A stretch of 56,589 bases of DNA, filler included, from Dugesia japonica (taxonomy: Eukaryota): assembly GCA_001938525.1 (NCBI GenBank). It is 5 parts of 5 records of this genome, joined end to end, with 100 filler letters (N's around TTAATTAATTAA, not from the genome) between each part and the next. Parts side by side here need not be neighbours in the genome. Positions count along the whole stretch, not along the records: positions 22,443 to 33,535 come from MQRL01515804.1; positions 33,636 to 44,652 come from MQRL01648028.1; 3 more parts are not named here. One strand, written 5' to 3'. Positions within the stretch are counted from its first letter, which is position 1; each line of letters opens with the position of its first letter. The notes below the pieces were generated by a model, which saw only the letters and a list, made by a program, of their open reading frames with translations, was not told the origin of the DNA and ran no database searches. Below are positions 24,504 through 36,299 of this stretch, piece after piece. Made by a program: the position numbers and the translations under genes.

Positions 24504-25214
24504 AACCTATTCCCCTTATGTGTTTTCTTAAATAAATAAAATTCTTTAAACATTTTAAAGTTTAACCTGTTGACTTTATTAACTCTGTTTTCAAATAAAA
24601 TGCCTTTAATTATTATGTATAATATTTTTGGACCATCGGTTAATCTCATTTTTTTCTTGTTAACAAACTCATTAATCGAAGTGAATTGTGATTAACATTT
24701 ATTGTACTCGTCACTCAACCGCTCAGTCACCCTAATTAAGAAAGTGCACTAAAACAGCGGGGACATTGAGATGTCCTGGGATTTGTACAGACTGGCTAAG
24801 ACAAAATGGGAGGCTTAAACTGCAGCAGAAAATGCCAAAGTAAAACAATACCAAACCAAATGTCGTAATTATAGACTCGAATGAGAAGCCTCCCATACAC
24901 AAGAACGCGCCTGGAAACATCAATTGGGTCCTTCGCCGACGTTATCCGGTCCCTCCATGACCGTGAAAATAAAATGGTAAATGACTTACTTGAAATGCTG
25001 AAGCATGTCCCCTTAGAAGCGTTGGTGATAGACAAAGCCACCCAAACCCGAAATTGGACGCTTAAGTGTTTTTGTTTTGAATAAATCTTGCTGCATCTAT
25101 TTCGATATCTTGATTATTTCATTTTGTTATGGTGACTTATCACCTATTTACTTTTAGTGCCACGAATACGACTGCCGACTAGCCTCCGTCGGTGTCATTG
25201 ACGAGAGTGTCTTA

Positions 25215-25451
25215 TTGCAACAACTCACACAACGAAATAGATTAATTAAAAAACTAGACATAATTGTTAAGAAGCAGGGAAATCTGGCCGACTGTACAAA
25301 GCAAATCCTCACCAATAAAATTGAATTTTTGCAACAATACATGGCCGACCTATCCAACCGTCTCGAGCTTGAGACGCGGGTCGGTTGGAACAGTGACGAC
25401 GATGAAACCGCCTTCGATTTTGTGAATGACGAGCCCGCCCAGAGGCGTTAA
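25215..25451 (+). CDS. Small coiled-coil ORF with acidic tail, unknown function
   Basis: Higher GC, heptad pattern, DDDE tail; start uncertain. Confidence 0.35.
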   Translation: MQQLTQRNRLIKKLDIIVKKQGNLADCTKQILTNKIEFLQQYMADLSNRLELETRVGWNSDDDETAFDFVNDEPAQRR

Positions 25452-25711
25452 ATTTTATGTAAATTTATGTAAAATAAATTTCTACTACAAGTTATTGTTA
25501 AATTTGTTTTAAGTTTAATGAATTAAAATAGTAGAGAAATATTGAACCCAAATAAAGGTGTACGAGTGCGCACTTCAAATAAGCGTTGGAGGTCAACCGC
25601 TCTACACCGATGAACTGAAAATGGGCTTTAGGTAAATTCTTGAAAGGGTCACCTGAGGGCTGTCTTTTCCCCAGCCATACCTTTCTACGCCAAATTCAGG
25701 TCGAACCCCAA

Positions 25712-25769
<58 letters not shown>

Positions 25770-25922
25770 NNNNNNNNNNNNNNNNNNNNNNNNNNNNNNN
25801 NNNNNNNNNNNNNNNNNNNNNNNNNNNNNNNNNNNNNNNNNNNNNNNNNNNNNNNNNNNNNNNNNNNNNNNNNNNNNNNNNNNNNNNNNNNNNNNNNNNN
25901 NNNNNNNNNNNNNNNNNNNNNN

Positions 25923-25976
<54 letters not shown>
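25712..25976. repeat. (ATT)n microsatellite
   Basis: Perfect runs flanking a gap. Confidence 0.97.
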
Positions 25977-25977
<1 letters not shown>

Positions 25978-26285
25978 GTAGATAGATAGTAGCGCACTTT
26001 ATCACCCCACAGTCACGGTAAACTTTTTTCAAGGTCAATGATACAGTATACAAGTGGTATCGAAAAAACCTTATTTATATGCAATTGCTAAAATCAAATT
26101 TATTTAAATCCAAATTTAACAAAATCTATTGGCACAGAGGTGCAGATCCAGAATATTGGTTAACACAATAAAAATTTTGCAGCATTAAGGGATTTGATTC
26201 CGATTGGAGCAAAATATTGAAACTAGGAGATGTATAGGGTGTTCCAAAAAAAATTTCATTGTTTATAAGTTAGGAACCCTAGAAT

Positions 26286-26535
26286 TTGAAGTCCTTTCCC
26301 ACGTTTGCTAGCGATGATTTACTTGAAATTATTATAAATATTGTTCACAGAAATTTAAATGTGAGCAATACTAGAAAGGAAGTATTGAAAAAACATAAAA
26401 GAACGTTATTAACGCTTGTAAATACAAAAATAGGAAATTGATCAGGTGAGTAATATGTGATAATCAAACAGGCGGCATTATAGCAGCATTACTACAAATT
26501 CCATTAGCAGCTCTAGGATTAACTCATTTCAAATA
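26286..26535 (+). pseudogene. Polinton small basic protein (putative virion core-like)
   Basis: LLEIIINIVHRNL..RKEVLKKHKRTLLTL..(fs)NQTGGIIAALLQIPL. Confidence 0.6.
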
Positions 26536-26659
26536 AACAAATTGATGGTTTTATAGCAGCATTACATTAACAATACCAGGATAAACTCATTCCAGATGAA
26601 CAATGGGCCGTATACAATCATTACCTAATTTTGATTTCAAATTTTATATCTAATTTTTC

Positions 26660-27675
26660 TGATGGGCAAACTAAAGACGATATCGGCGGACCAAAAAGTC
26701 CCTCAGTTTTATTGTGGCGTTGAAAAATTGAAGAAAGCAGCTCAAAAACAAATACAAAGACCAACAAGTGGTACAGTTTGAACAAAACAATGTTGAAATG
26801 ATTTCCAATAAGCGTGTATAAAACGTTTGGTATTGATGATTTATGGCAAATGGATTTGATGGAGATGATCCCATTTTCAAATATAAATAAAGGATACAAG
26901 TATATTTTGACATTTATTGATGTATGTAGTCGATTTACAAGAGCTTTTCCGATCAAATAAAAATCCACTAATAATATGGAAGTTGAAATTCAGTCAATAT
27001 TCAAAGATGGACATTCAGATAATTTGCAAACCTTATTTGTGTAAGGAATTTTACAACTCAAAAGTCAAAATTATTTTATCGCATCTAAACATAAACTATT
27101 ATACTGTATTCTCACAGTATAAAGCGACACATGTAGAGACTTAATCGCACATTAAGAGATGGTTTGAAAAAATACTTTGTGCATACTGGTAACAAAACCT
27201 GGAAAAATGTGTTGCAAAATTGATTCATAGGTATAATCATTCAAGTCATAAAGGTTTAAGTGGAGCAAGACCGGTTGATGTAAGTTTAAACAATCAATTA
27301 AAATTATGGTTATCGCGTGATAAAAGTAAAGCAATTAAAAAACCAAAATGTAAAGTCGGTGAATATGTTAGAATCTCAAAAATACGCGCATCTCCATTCA
27401 TTAAAAACTTTGATAGTAATTGGAGCGATGAAGACTTTCAAATAAAAAAAATCAATACTAAACAAATTTCAATCATGTATGAAATTAAAGATTATGAGAA
27501 TAATATTATACAAGAAAAATTCTATGAGCCAGAATTACAAGTCATTACAACTCTTTCTATATATAGAATAGAAAAATTATAAAATCGAGAGGAACAAAGA
27601 AGAATAAATAATATTATGTAAAGTGGCAAGGATATCAAAAACCTACATGGATATTATCATCACAGTTAGTTATTA
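26660..27675 (+). pseudogene. Polinton retroviral-type (rve) integrase with C-terminal chromodomain
   Basis: DDLWQMDLMEM..GYKYILTFIDVCSRF, KEFYNSKV, YNHSSH..RPVDV, KVGEYVRISK..NWSDEDF..KFYEPELQ, YYVKWQGY; frameshifts and stops. Confidence 0.92.
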
Positions 27676-28690
27676 ATGAAATCGAACAATTTCTTTACAC
27701 TTTTACCTAATAATAGCTGTCCTCATATTCATTCGGATAATAATGCTAGTAAATTAATGGTTGAGCTTCAAAATCCGATTTATATGGATGGTAGTTGGGA
27801 AGTAACATTGTTGGATTTTACCTTTGAATATCGAACATTTACATTATATAGCAAATCTAAAATTCAATACATGTCTACAAGAAATATATTAAATGAAATA
27901 AATGTTACAATTAATCACAAACCAAAATTGAGTGTCAGTGAAAATGACAATGCTTATATATCTTATAAGAGTTTTTTAACATTTAGTTGTGAATATCCAT
28001 GCCATCATATTTGAACATGAAAAAATTGCACATAAATTTGATTTCCATATTAGACTAACAACATGGATACTGGATATTTTAGTATAAATAATATATTATT
28101 TAAATATAATTCTTCAATAGAATATTTAAAATTTAAAATAGATTGTTCTAAAGTAAGTTATCATACTATACTGTTGAAAGATGAATAATACATAGCAGAA
28201 TTAGACAAATTAAGTAAATATTTAACAGAAAGCGGTTCTGAACTATTTAATACGATTAGTCTCAAAGCAAATAATCTATTTCAATTGTCGCTAAAAAATT
28301 ATATCAAAACTGTTATATTCAACAAAGTCTTGACAAAAACATTAGGATTAAAAAACCAACAATATTCCATACAGATATGAAGGATGGTGTATTATAAGGT
28401 ATTAGAAATCCAAAAATAATTAACTTACATCAACACATGTTCATCTATAGTAGTATTACTGAACCTATAATTGTAGGAGATGTTAAAGTTCCTCTTTTGA
28501 AATCTATATGGATAGGAAAACATGAAACTGATGACGTAGTACAAATGATAGTTGATAATCCAATGTATTTATTAAATGAAACAACATGTATAAACAACTT
28601 AGAAATTAATATACGTAATGATAACCGAAAATTAATCAAGTTTCCAAAAGATTCAAAAACACATTTAAATTTACATTTAGAAAAACTAAT
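27676..28690 (+). pseudogene. Polinton minor capsid (penton)
   Basis: FFTLLPNNS..NNASK..L.NPI...GSWEVTL and MFIYSSITEPIIVGDVKVPLLKSI..NLEINIRND..LIKF..HL. Confidence 0.85.
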
Positions 28691-29110
28691 GTCTTATCCT
28701 GATATTATATCATTGTATAGTAACAGTCAAACAGGTGGAGAATTATCTTACTTTGTAAGAAAACAGTATAGTTCCGGCTGGTTGTGAACAATAAGTAGAT
28801 TTGCGCTTCCTATTCTTAAGCGTATTGGTTCATTTGGTATGAAAACGGCTCAAGATGTAATAGCTAATAATGAAAAAATATTACCAACATTGAAATCTAA
28901 TGCATTGGCAGAACTTGGTAATGTAGTGTCTTTGTTACCTAGTGGAGTAATTTATATGATGTTACCATCCAGTATAACAAATAGGATTCCATCGGAAATA
29001 AGTAATATGATAACAAAGCAACAGCAAAAAAATAATAAAAACCGTAAAAAATCAAAAGCATCACGTATAAATAAACGAATGAAAGGACATGGAACAACTT
29101 TTGAAAATGA
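28689..29110 (+). pseudogene. Polinton Q-x-G-G small protein (putative core/membrane-active)
   Basis: YSNSQTGG..KQYSSGWL*TISRFALPILKRIG..AQDVI; basic C-terminus; lies between penton and MCP. Confidence 0.6.
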
Positions 29111-30338
29111 TTTTTGCGATAAAACTGAATTATGTATTTTTTTTGTCCATTATCTCAAGCAGTTATTGAAAATGGTGCATTTGAAGATGGGTTTCCAATG
29201 AATTTAATTTTTGAATCACAAAGCGATATAAAGTTTTTTATAAATTGATCGTAAACTGAATATTTGGATTTAAATGATACTTTATTGTATATTAAAACGA
29301 AGGTTGTTGAAAAGACAAGCAATGATTTGGCTGAAAAACATGATGCGATTCATAGTAACTATATATTTCATATGAATTTTAAGGATGTCATGCTTTCATT
29401 TAATAATTTCAAAATTAAAGGTGGAAATGGAACATATAATCAAAAAGCATTGATTGAAACTATATTATATTATAATGGTGACAGTAAAAATATTTTTCTT
29501 ACGGCAATGGGGTATGGATCTGAAGAAAAAAGAAAACCGTATGTTAAAACATCAAACAATTGTATGTATGTGGTTCATTGCAATCTGACTTTATGGATCA
29601 ACCGAAATATCTCAGTTCAGGTGTTAATGTTCACATTCGATTGAAAAGAGCATCTCCTAAAATTTGTTTGGAATCTGCAGCCAATAAACCTACCTATGTA
29701 TTACTAGATGCAAAATAAATGGTTAGACGTATATGAATTGAACCTTCACTAGTGGCTGGTCATCAATTAGGATTAAATAAGAAAAGTCCGATTTATCCGA
29801 TAAAAAAGAAGGAAATTGTTGCGTTTGCAATTAGTAAAGATAGTACATCATTTTATAAAGAGCAAATCTTTGGTGATTGTCGTTTACCCAACTTTCTTTT
29901 AATTACATTTCAAAATGGAGATCAATATAATGGTAATTATAAAACCTCTACTTCACCATTTCAACATTTAAATTTTACTTTCACATCATTATAAAAAATA
30001 TTGATTATCGAGAGACATATTCAAGATTTTGAAAACGATAATTAAAGTACAACATATATGCAATTTATTGTTAGAAATGTGGTATATTTGGATAAAAATA
30101 TGAATTGTGGAATAACACTTGAAGAATTTAAAAGCAAATATCCGTTTTTTACATTTGTATTGGCTCCGGATTTCGATATAAATCAAGTCAATTGCCTCAA
30201 CAAGGAAATTTAAGATTGGATATAAAGTTTGCTAAAGATTTGACTGCGATAACACATGTTATAATAAATGGAGTATTTGAAAGCGAAATACAAATAAATG
30301 CTAATAGAACAGTACTAGTATATACAATATCTAGTATA
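29100..30338 (+). pseudogene. Polinton major capsid protein (double jelly roll), lineage 1
   Basis: CDKTELCIF, EYLDLNDTLLYIK, YNQKALIETIL, GVNVHIRL, RLPNFLL, QGNLRLDIKF..GVFESEIQI. Confidence 0.85.
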
Positions 30339-30419
30339 ATCAAATTTTTTAAAAAAATGAAGTAAGTTTTTATTAAATTTATAAATATTTTACTTTATTA
30401 GTTCTTTTCAGATTAATCA

Positions 30420-30760
30420 AATTGAATCAAAATTGTTGAGATTGTCTTGGTAGGGAATATATCTTTTAGACAAATTCCCATACTTTCCAGTTAATAAAGC
30501 CCTAATCGTCAATAATGAAACATTAAATCTTGGTGGAGAACATGGAATAGCAGTTTATCATAAGTCTGCAATTATGTTAGTTTTTGATTCACTGGGATTT
30601 TTTTATCCGCATATGTTGGTCTCACATCTCTCAAAAATATCAAAGCCAATTGAATATAACAAAATTCGATATCAAAATCCATTTACAATAACCTTCGGAC
30701 AACATCGCCTATTGTGGTTGAAATATTTACATTATGGTTGAAACATACATGTATATTTGT
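30420..30760 (+). pseudogene. Adenain-like cysteine maturation protease
   Basis: LIVNNE..GGEHGIAV..VFDSLG..YNKIRYQ..TFGQH; catalytic Cys position mutated to Phe. Confidence 0.8.
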
Positions 30761-30867
30761 ATTGAAAAAGAAATGTATTTCATGAAAAAGTCTTTGTTTT
30801 TCAATTAATTTTACAAAATAGTTAATCATTGTTGATTTCAACATTATGTCTTCGTTATATTCATTAA

Positions 30868-30985
30868 TATGTTACTTTGTGGTATTTCAAAATTAACTAA
30901 ATATACTACGTTGTGGTATTTTAAAATATGTTACGTTGCTTTATTTAAAATTAAGTAAATATGTTACGTTGTGGTATTTTTTAAT
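30868..30985. repeat. Short tandem repeat ATATGTTACGTTGTGGTATTT between protease and pPolB
   Basis: Four degenerate 25-35 nt units. Confidence 0.8.
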
Positions 30986-31334
30986 TTCGATACACTTACA
31001 AAGGAGATAGCAAAATTATAATATACAGAGAGAGGATAGAAAAATTATTTTGACACTCAACACTTTAAAAGTTATTTGCTTACAAACTTTGTTCACAATT
31101 TTGATACGCTTGTTTTTTATATCTCTTACAAATTTTATGAAATTTTTAAATGAATTTAATGTTAATCTTTAAAAATTATTTTAATGTAATGTTAAATTTT
31201 TAAATATTTTGTTATTTTCAGATATTTTAGTAAATAAATTTTATGATATTATGAGTATTTTATGTTAATTCTTTAACATGCTAGACAATTTCTTTTTCTA
31301 GAATTTTCTACAATGTACAAAAATTATTTTGCAA

Positions 31335-32558
31335 ATGGACTCATAAAGGCGACTGCCATAATATTATGGAGAAATATTATGGTCAGTGTTTGTATTACAT
31401 ATGTCCAGCATGAAGATCTATAAGAATAAGTGTATACTTTGACTTTCATAGGTTCCATGCAGACCACTTAGCACAGTTTACAACAAATAAAGAACTATTA
31501 TTAAAGTCGATATTAGATAACGGGATAAATGTGTCAAAGAAAAGTAGATGCAATAGTTATATCAGATGAAGAAATGAAGGTGGAGACCGAGATAATTGAA
31601 GATGATTGAAACAATTTTCGAATACTTGATGAAATGGATGAAGAAGATATTTTCATGCAACGTTTTATAGATAAAGAAGAATCACAAGTTGATTTCCCCC
31701 TCAATGAAGATGTGATAATAGAAAGTAACTTATAAAGATGTCACCAGATATTAAAAATTGCTGATTCAAAGTGGAATACAAGACAAATCGTTTTAACAAA
31801 ATCCTTGATTGAGCAGTTATTTAAAGTTATTAAAGAATTAAAAATAAAAAAAGCTTCAATCAAAACAAATTGTATTTTTCTATAAAAAATACATTTTTTT
31901 TGATCGAAGCTTTTTCTTTATTTTAATGAAATCTCAAATGCGATCAATGGTTAAGTCCAAAATTATTCTCACAAAAATTGTAATTATAAAAATAAAAAAA
32001 TGTCCAGATCCAATTTGGGATCAATGTAGAATTTGAAAAAGATGATGAAACAAAAACTTGCAGATTATCTAATCAAGCTGTTTCATTGAACGATTCTTTT
32101 TTCAAAGATGACATAAAAGAATTAAATGATAATATAGCTATAAGAAGCGAGCTTGGATCTAGTTGCATACTGAGCTGCATATTGGAAATAAATTTTAAAA
32201 TCACCAAGGTATCAGAAATCGGTAGTCTATCTGGACACAGTTACATTCCAACACCGGAAAACTTGGAAAAGAAAAAGCCGTTCTAAATATTCAGAATAAT
32301 GACAATATGTTTTTCCTATACAGCATTCTGGCTGTACTCAAAAAGGATAAAGTTAGAAAAAATCAGAATTGAGCTGAAAAATATAAAGATTATATATCCG
32401 AGTTTGTATTCGATGTTATGGACATGCTGATGAAGCTCGCAAATTTATCAAAATTTGTTAAGCAAAACCTGGGCTTATCAATTAATGTTTTCTTATGGAA
32501 CCATCAATCAGTGGAGGAAGATGATGATGTTATCCTGAAGTATCCAAATTTAGACATT
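31335..32558 (+). pseudogene. N-terminal part of protein-primed DNA polymerase B
   Basis: QIQFGINVEFEK, SGHSYIPTPENLEKKK(fs)VLNIQNNDNMFFLYSILA, LSINVF; truncated at the second terminus. Confidence 0.8.
31853..31986 (+). mobile_element. Penelope-type pLTR 3' fragment inserted in pPolB
   Basis: Same 3' sequence as the 18248 copy; short inverted 5' part; TSD taaaaataaaaaaa (31839-31852 / 31987-32000). Confidence 0.75.
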
Positions 32559-32930
32559 AGTAGATAGATAGTGGCGGTCATAACCAGCACACATTCAGCA
32601 AACCCTCCCCACCGTGTGTAAAAATTTATTACATAACTTTTCCAATGTAAATACCCGAAGACACACATTAGTGTGCATTACATAATTGTTTCTCGTATTT
32701 TTGAAAAGTTTACCGAATTATCGGGTTTCATACATCGAAACATATTTATGTGTATTACGTAACTTTTGCTCGTATTTATGAAAAGTTTACCGAATTATCG
32801 GATTTTTATTGAACAAGTAAATTTGTGTGTATTACATAACTTTTGCTCGTATTTTTGTCTAGTTTACCGAATTATTTAAATAGTTTACAGAATTATTTAA
32901 ACAGTTTACAGAATTATTTAAAATTTTATA
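32559..32930 (+). mobile_element. Second Polinton terminus with ~75-nt subterminal tandem repeats
   Basis: AGTAGATAGATAGTGGCGG, then repeats of attacataacttttgctcgtattt..agtttaccgaattat. Confidence 0.65.
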
Positions 32931-33535
32931 TTTTCTAGATGTTTTGGTAAGAAATTTCTACGTTAAGGGTAATCTTNNNNNNNNNNNNNNNNNNNNNNNN
33001 NNNNNNNNNNNNNNNNNNNNNNNNNNNNNNNNNNNNNNNNNNNNNNNNNNNNNNNNNNNNNNNNNNNNNNNNNNNNNNNNNNNNNNNNNNNNNNNNNNNN
33101 TTGGTTAACTTAAATTCGTCAAATTTAATCCCCGATTATATAAATAAGATTCTGTGTTGAAAAAATCACAAAACCAGAGTTTAGTGCTCAGGGCTCTGTG
33201 CATTGAGAACTGCTATCGACTCAAATTTGGAAGTATTTTACTCAGGAGGAAAAAGGGACTATGCATAGTTCAAATATCGTCTCGGGAAAAATGCTTCCTA
33301 ATGAAGATATTCGGCTGTTCTCTTGGATTTGGTGTCATTTTTTTGAAAATTTAAAATGTATCTCTAAATTGGTCAAAGAGGTATCTTTTCGATAGAGAAT
33401 CTTTCACTGATTACAAATATATTAACTTAAAATCACTAAACCTTATAGATAAAAAGGTATATTGAAATAACAAGTACTTATTTACTTAATATTAAAAAAC
33501 AATAAAATAATAAGATAAAGTCAGTTTTAAAACTA

Positions 33536-33635
33536 NNNNNNNNNNNNNNNNNNNNNNNNNNNNNNNNNNNNNNNNNNNNTTAATTAATTAANNNNNNNNN
33601 NNNNNNNNNNNNNNNNNNNNNNNNNNNNNNNNNNN
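33536..33635. other. Artificial scaffold linker
   Basis: 44N-TTAATTAATTAA-44N. Confidence 0.95.
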
Positions 33636-35795
33636 TCTACAAGGGTTGGAGGAATGGGCCAATAAGGGGCCAAAAATAAAAACAGAACAAAGAAATGACA
33701 ATCACATGTCACTCCAAAAATAAACACCAATAGCATAACAGAAAATGTTTAAAAATTCGTAGAATTTCAAGTCAACACCAATGGAATTGAAGAAATTTGA
33801 ATCAAAAATAGCAAGCCAATGGCGATGATGCATCAGAAAATGGTATCTAAACCCCCAGAAAGTGAGAGAAAAAATCAGTTTTTTATTAAGTTTGGTTCGT
33901 GACATAACATTAAGTTATTCGCATTAAAAATTATTACGAAGAAAATTGGTTAATCAATCGTCAGAAACTAGATTGTAAGGAGCACCATTCCTATTAAATT
34001 AATTTATCGGAATTACTATTCAAATTCTAGAGAAAAATATTGCATTCACGCGAGGAGAGAAATTCACAGCAGATATTTATAAGCTAACTTTAACTGAAAT
34101 CAATTCCTGTTACGAAAATTCACCCGTTGCAGAATAAATTAATAAGTGAGTAAAAATTTATATTCTGTGCATATGATATTAAATGAAAGTTGTAATAAAA
34201 TATTAATGAGTAATTAATTAAAATTTAACTCAGTCTGAAACGGTGTTTTGAAAGTATTATTTTTGAAGAATCCCCATCTCGTTTATGCACCACTAAGGCC
34301 TAGTAATAGCCGTTTCAGTTGTTTAGTGAAGCACGGAATCCTCGATTATGACTCTCACATGTATTTTTTCATTTTTCTGCATTGTTTGAATGATAACCAA
34401 CTACTCACAAACCCAGAATAATACAGGATGTGACAAGTCATCGACTAAAATTCACATAATTGTTTCCCTCTCTACCTAACCAATAATGTAATACAGTCAT
34501 ATTCTAGCATGCAAACACACCACGTTAATTTCATCTTAACTGTCACGAACGGAACGATGCCACACCTCTCAGTAACCCATTATCAACACGTAATCTAGAT
34601 GTAAGCCAACATTAATCAATGATTTATTGAAGCGTATGTGTAAATGAATTAGAATAGGACAAGAGTTAACGAAAATTTTGTTGTCAACAAAGTTAGTCAA
34701 TTATGTCTGTGTGGTTCACCGGGGATTAAGTTTCTCGCATATTAAATTTACATACCAGATTATTTAATACCCGAATTAACATACAAGCAATATATAGATC
34801 CAAGATGATCCCGTCGGTTTATGAATTGCATAATACAATGACAAATTTGCCCGTATGCAGTTATTACTCAACGCTTTAAACATTGCAATTGATGAATATC
34901 ACACAGATATCAATGTTAACATAACTATGTAAACCATTGGGTTTTGGCTGTCATTAGGAGTATTACGCTTAACGTCATCGTTGTATGTTAATATTATTAA
35001 GTTGATTATTAATAATAATAATAATAATATTAATATGGTCAGTAGTTTATGGATTATATATTATATATATTATTCATATCTATCTAATTTTCATCTAGAT
35101 AAATTGTTGCCAATGAGGCGACCTTCGTTGTCACGAGGCTGATGTATTAGGAATTAGCTAAGCAGTTATCCTACTAAAATTATGATTCAAACGAGGTGTT
35201 TTAGTTGTATTATTAATACCCTCTATCTAGCTTACGTATCGATGTAATTGTCACTGATATTATTATTAACAATAATTTAATAATCATCATCAATATCATT
35301 ATGTATGAGCAATATTATTATACTATCATTATTACTATGGTAGAGTCTATTATTATTATAACCATCATTTTATTGATTTCGTAAATATTACTATAAATTC
35401 ATCCTTATTGTTATTGGTATTATTACAGTTATTATTATGATTATTATTGAGTAGAAGAATGATTATTTTAATAGTGTCACTATAGATAACTTAGTTTTCA
35501 TTGGATGCAATGGTCGGAGATTTCCATCGGTTAAAATCATCAACCCCATTTTATAATTCTGGATAAGTTGTTAAGAGTAATTTACTTAATGGACCCGATC
35601 ACTCTCATGGGTTTAATATTTTTATCAGCAATTGCCCCATTTTTGGGAATCAACATGTTCCAATAAAATCAGTCGGGATCAGGCATTGTTTTTCTGCTAG
35701 CGTCACCGAGCAAAGGTTCTTGGGTCTTTTTATTATTCACGAGAATTCATATTTCCTCTTATAAATACCATAATTGTCTGCTAATTTTCTAGAGA

Positions 35796-35978
35796 ATGAC
35801 GACCGAATTTATTCATACTTTAAGAATAATCCAGAAACAAAGAAAAACTGCACGGATTAAACAATTAATAGCCCACATCCTAACTCGAGGTAAGATAGAA
35901 CATCCCGATGAAACTGATCTCCAGTGTTTCATCGAGATGTTCCCCTTACCTTTAAAGTTGAACATCGACGAGGATTGA
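35796..35978 (+). CDS. 60 aa ORF of unknown function, upstream of the lineage 2 capsid gene
   Basis: Intact ATG-stop, AATAAA downstream; independent homologue at 24318. Confidence 0.7.
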   Translation: MTTEFIHTLRIIQKQRKTARIKQLIAHILTRGKIEHPDETDLQCFIEMFPLPLKLNIDED

Positions 35979-36299
35979 CGATCCTTCTTTGAATTATACC
36001 TTGTTATTTATTAATTACATTTGTGTAAAAATAAAAGTTTTAATTTTTTAAAAGTAGTTATCGAGTCTTATCTGTGTTATTTAACCAATTCATACTAATT
36101 AGTATAATTTGCCTTATAGATAATTTTATTATTAGAAATGGACTTTAAATGGGAAACGCTCTATGATGTGCGTACCGGCAGAATTATTTTTAAGAGATAC
36201 TGGAACCCTCATGACCGAAATGCGGGTGTACTGGCCAACTATTCAAACTTAACTGCGGAAGAAGCAGAGAACGAACAAGAATGGGATGCGGCCAAGAAA

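Larger units (their letters stand above)
25977..32558 (+). mobile_element. Decayed Polinton/Maverick (adintovirus-like) element, lineage 1
   Basis: Terminus AGTAGATAGATAGTAGCGC followed by co-oriented small ORF, INT, penton, Q-x-G-G protein, MCP, protease and pPolB. Confidence 0.92.

Noticed and set aside
25640-26053. Poly-Y/I/N ORFs (also 51316-51875)
   Set aside because: Translations of microsatellites and N gaps
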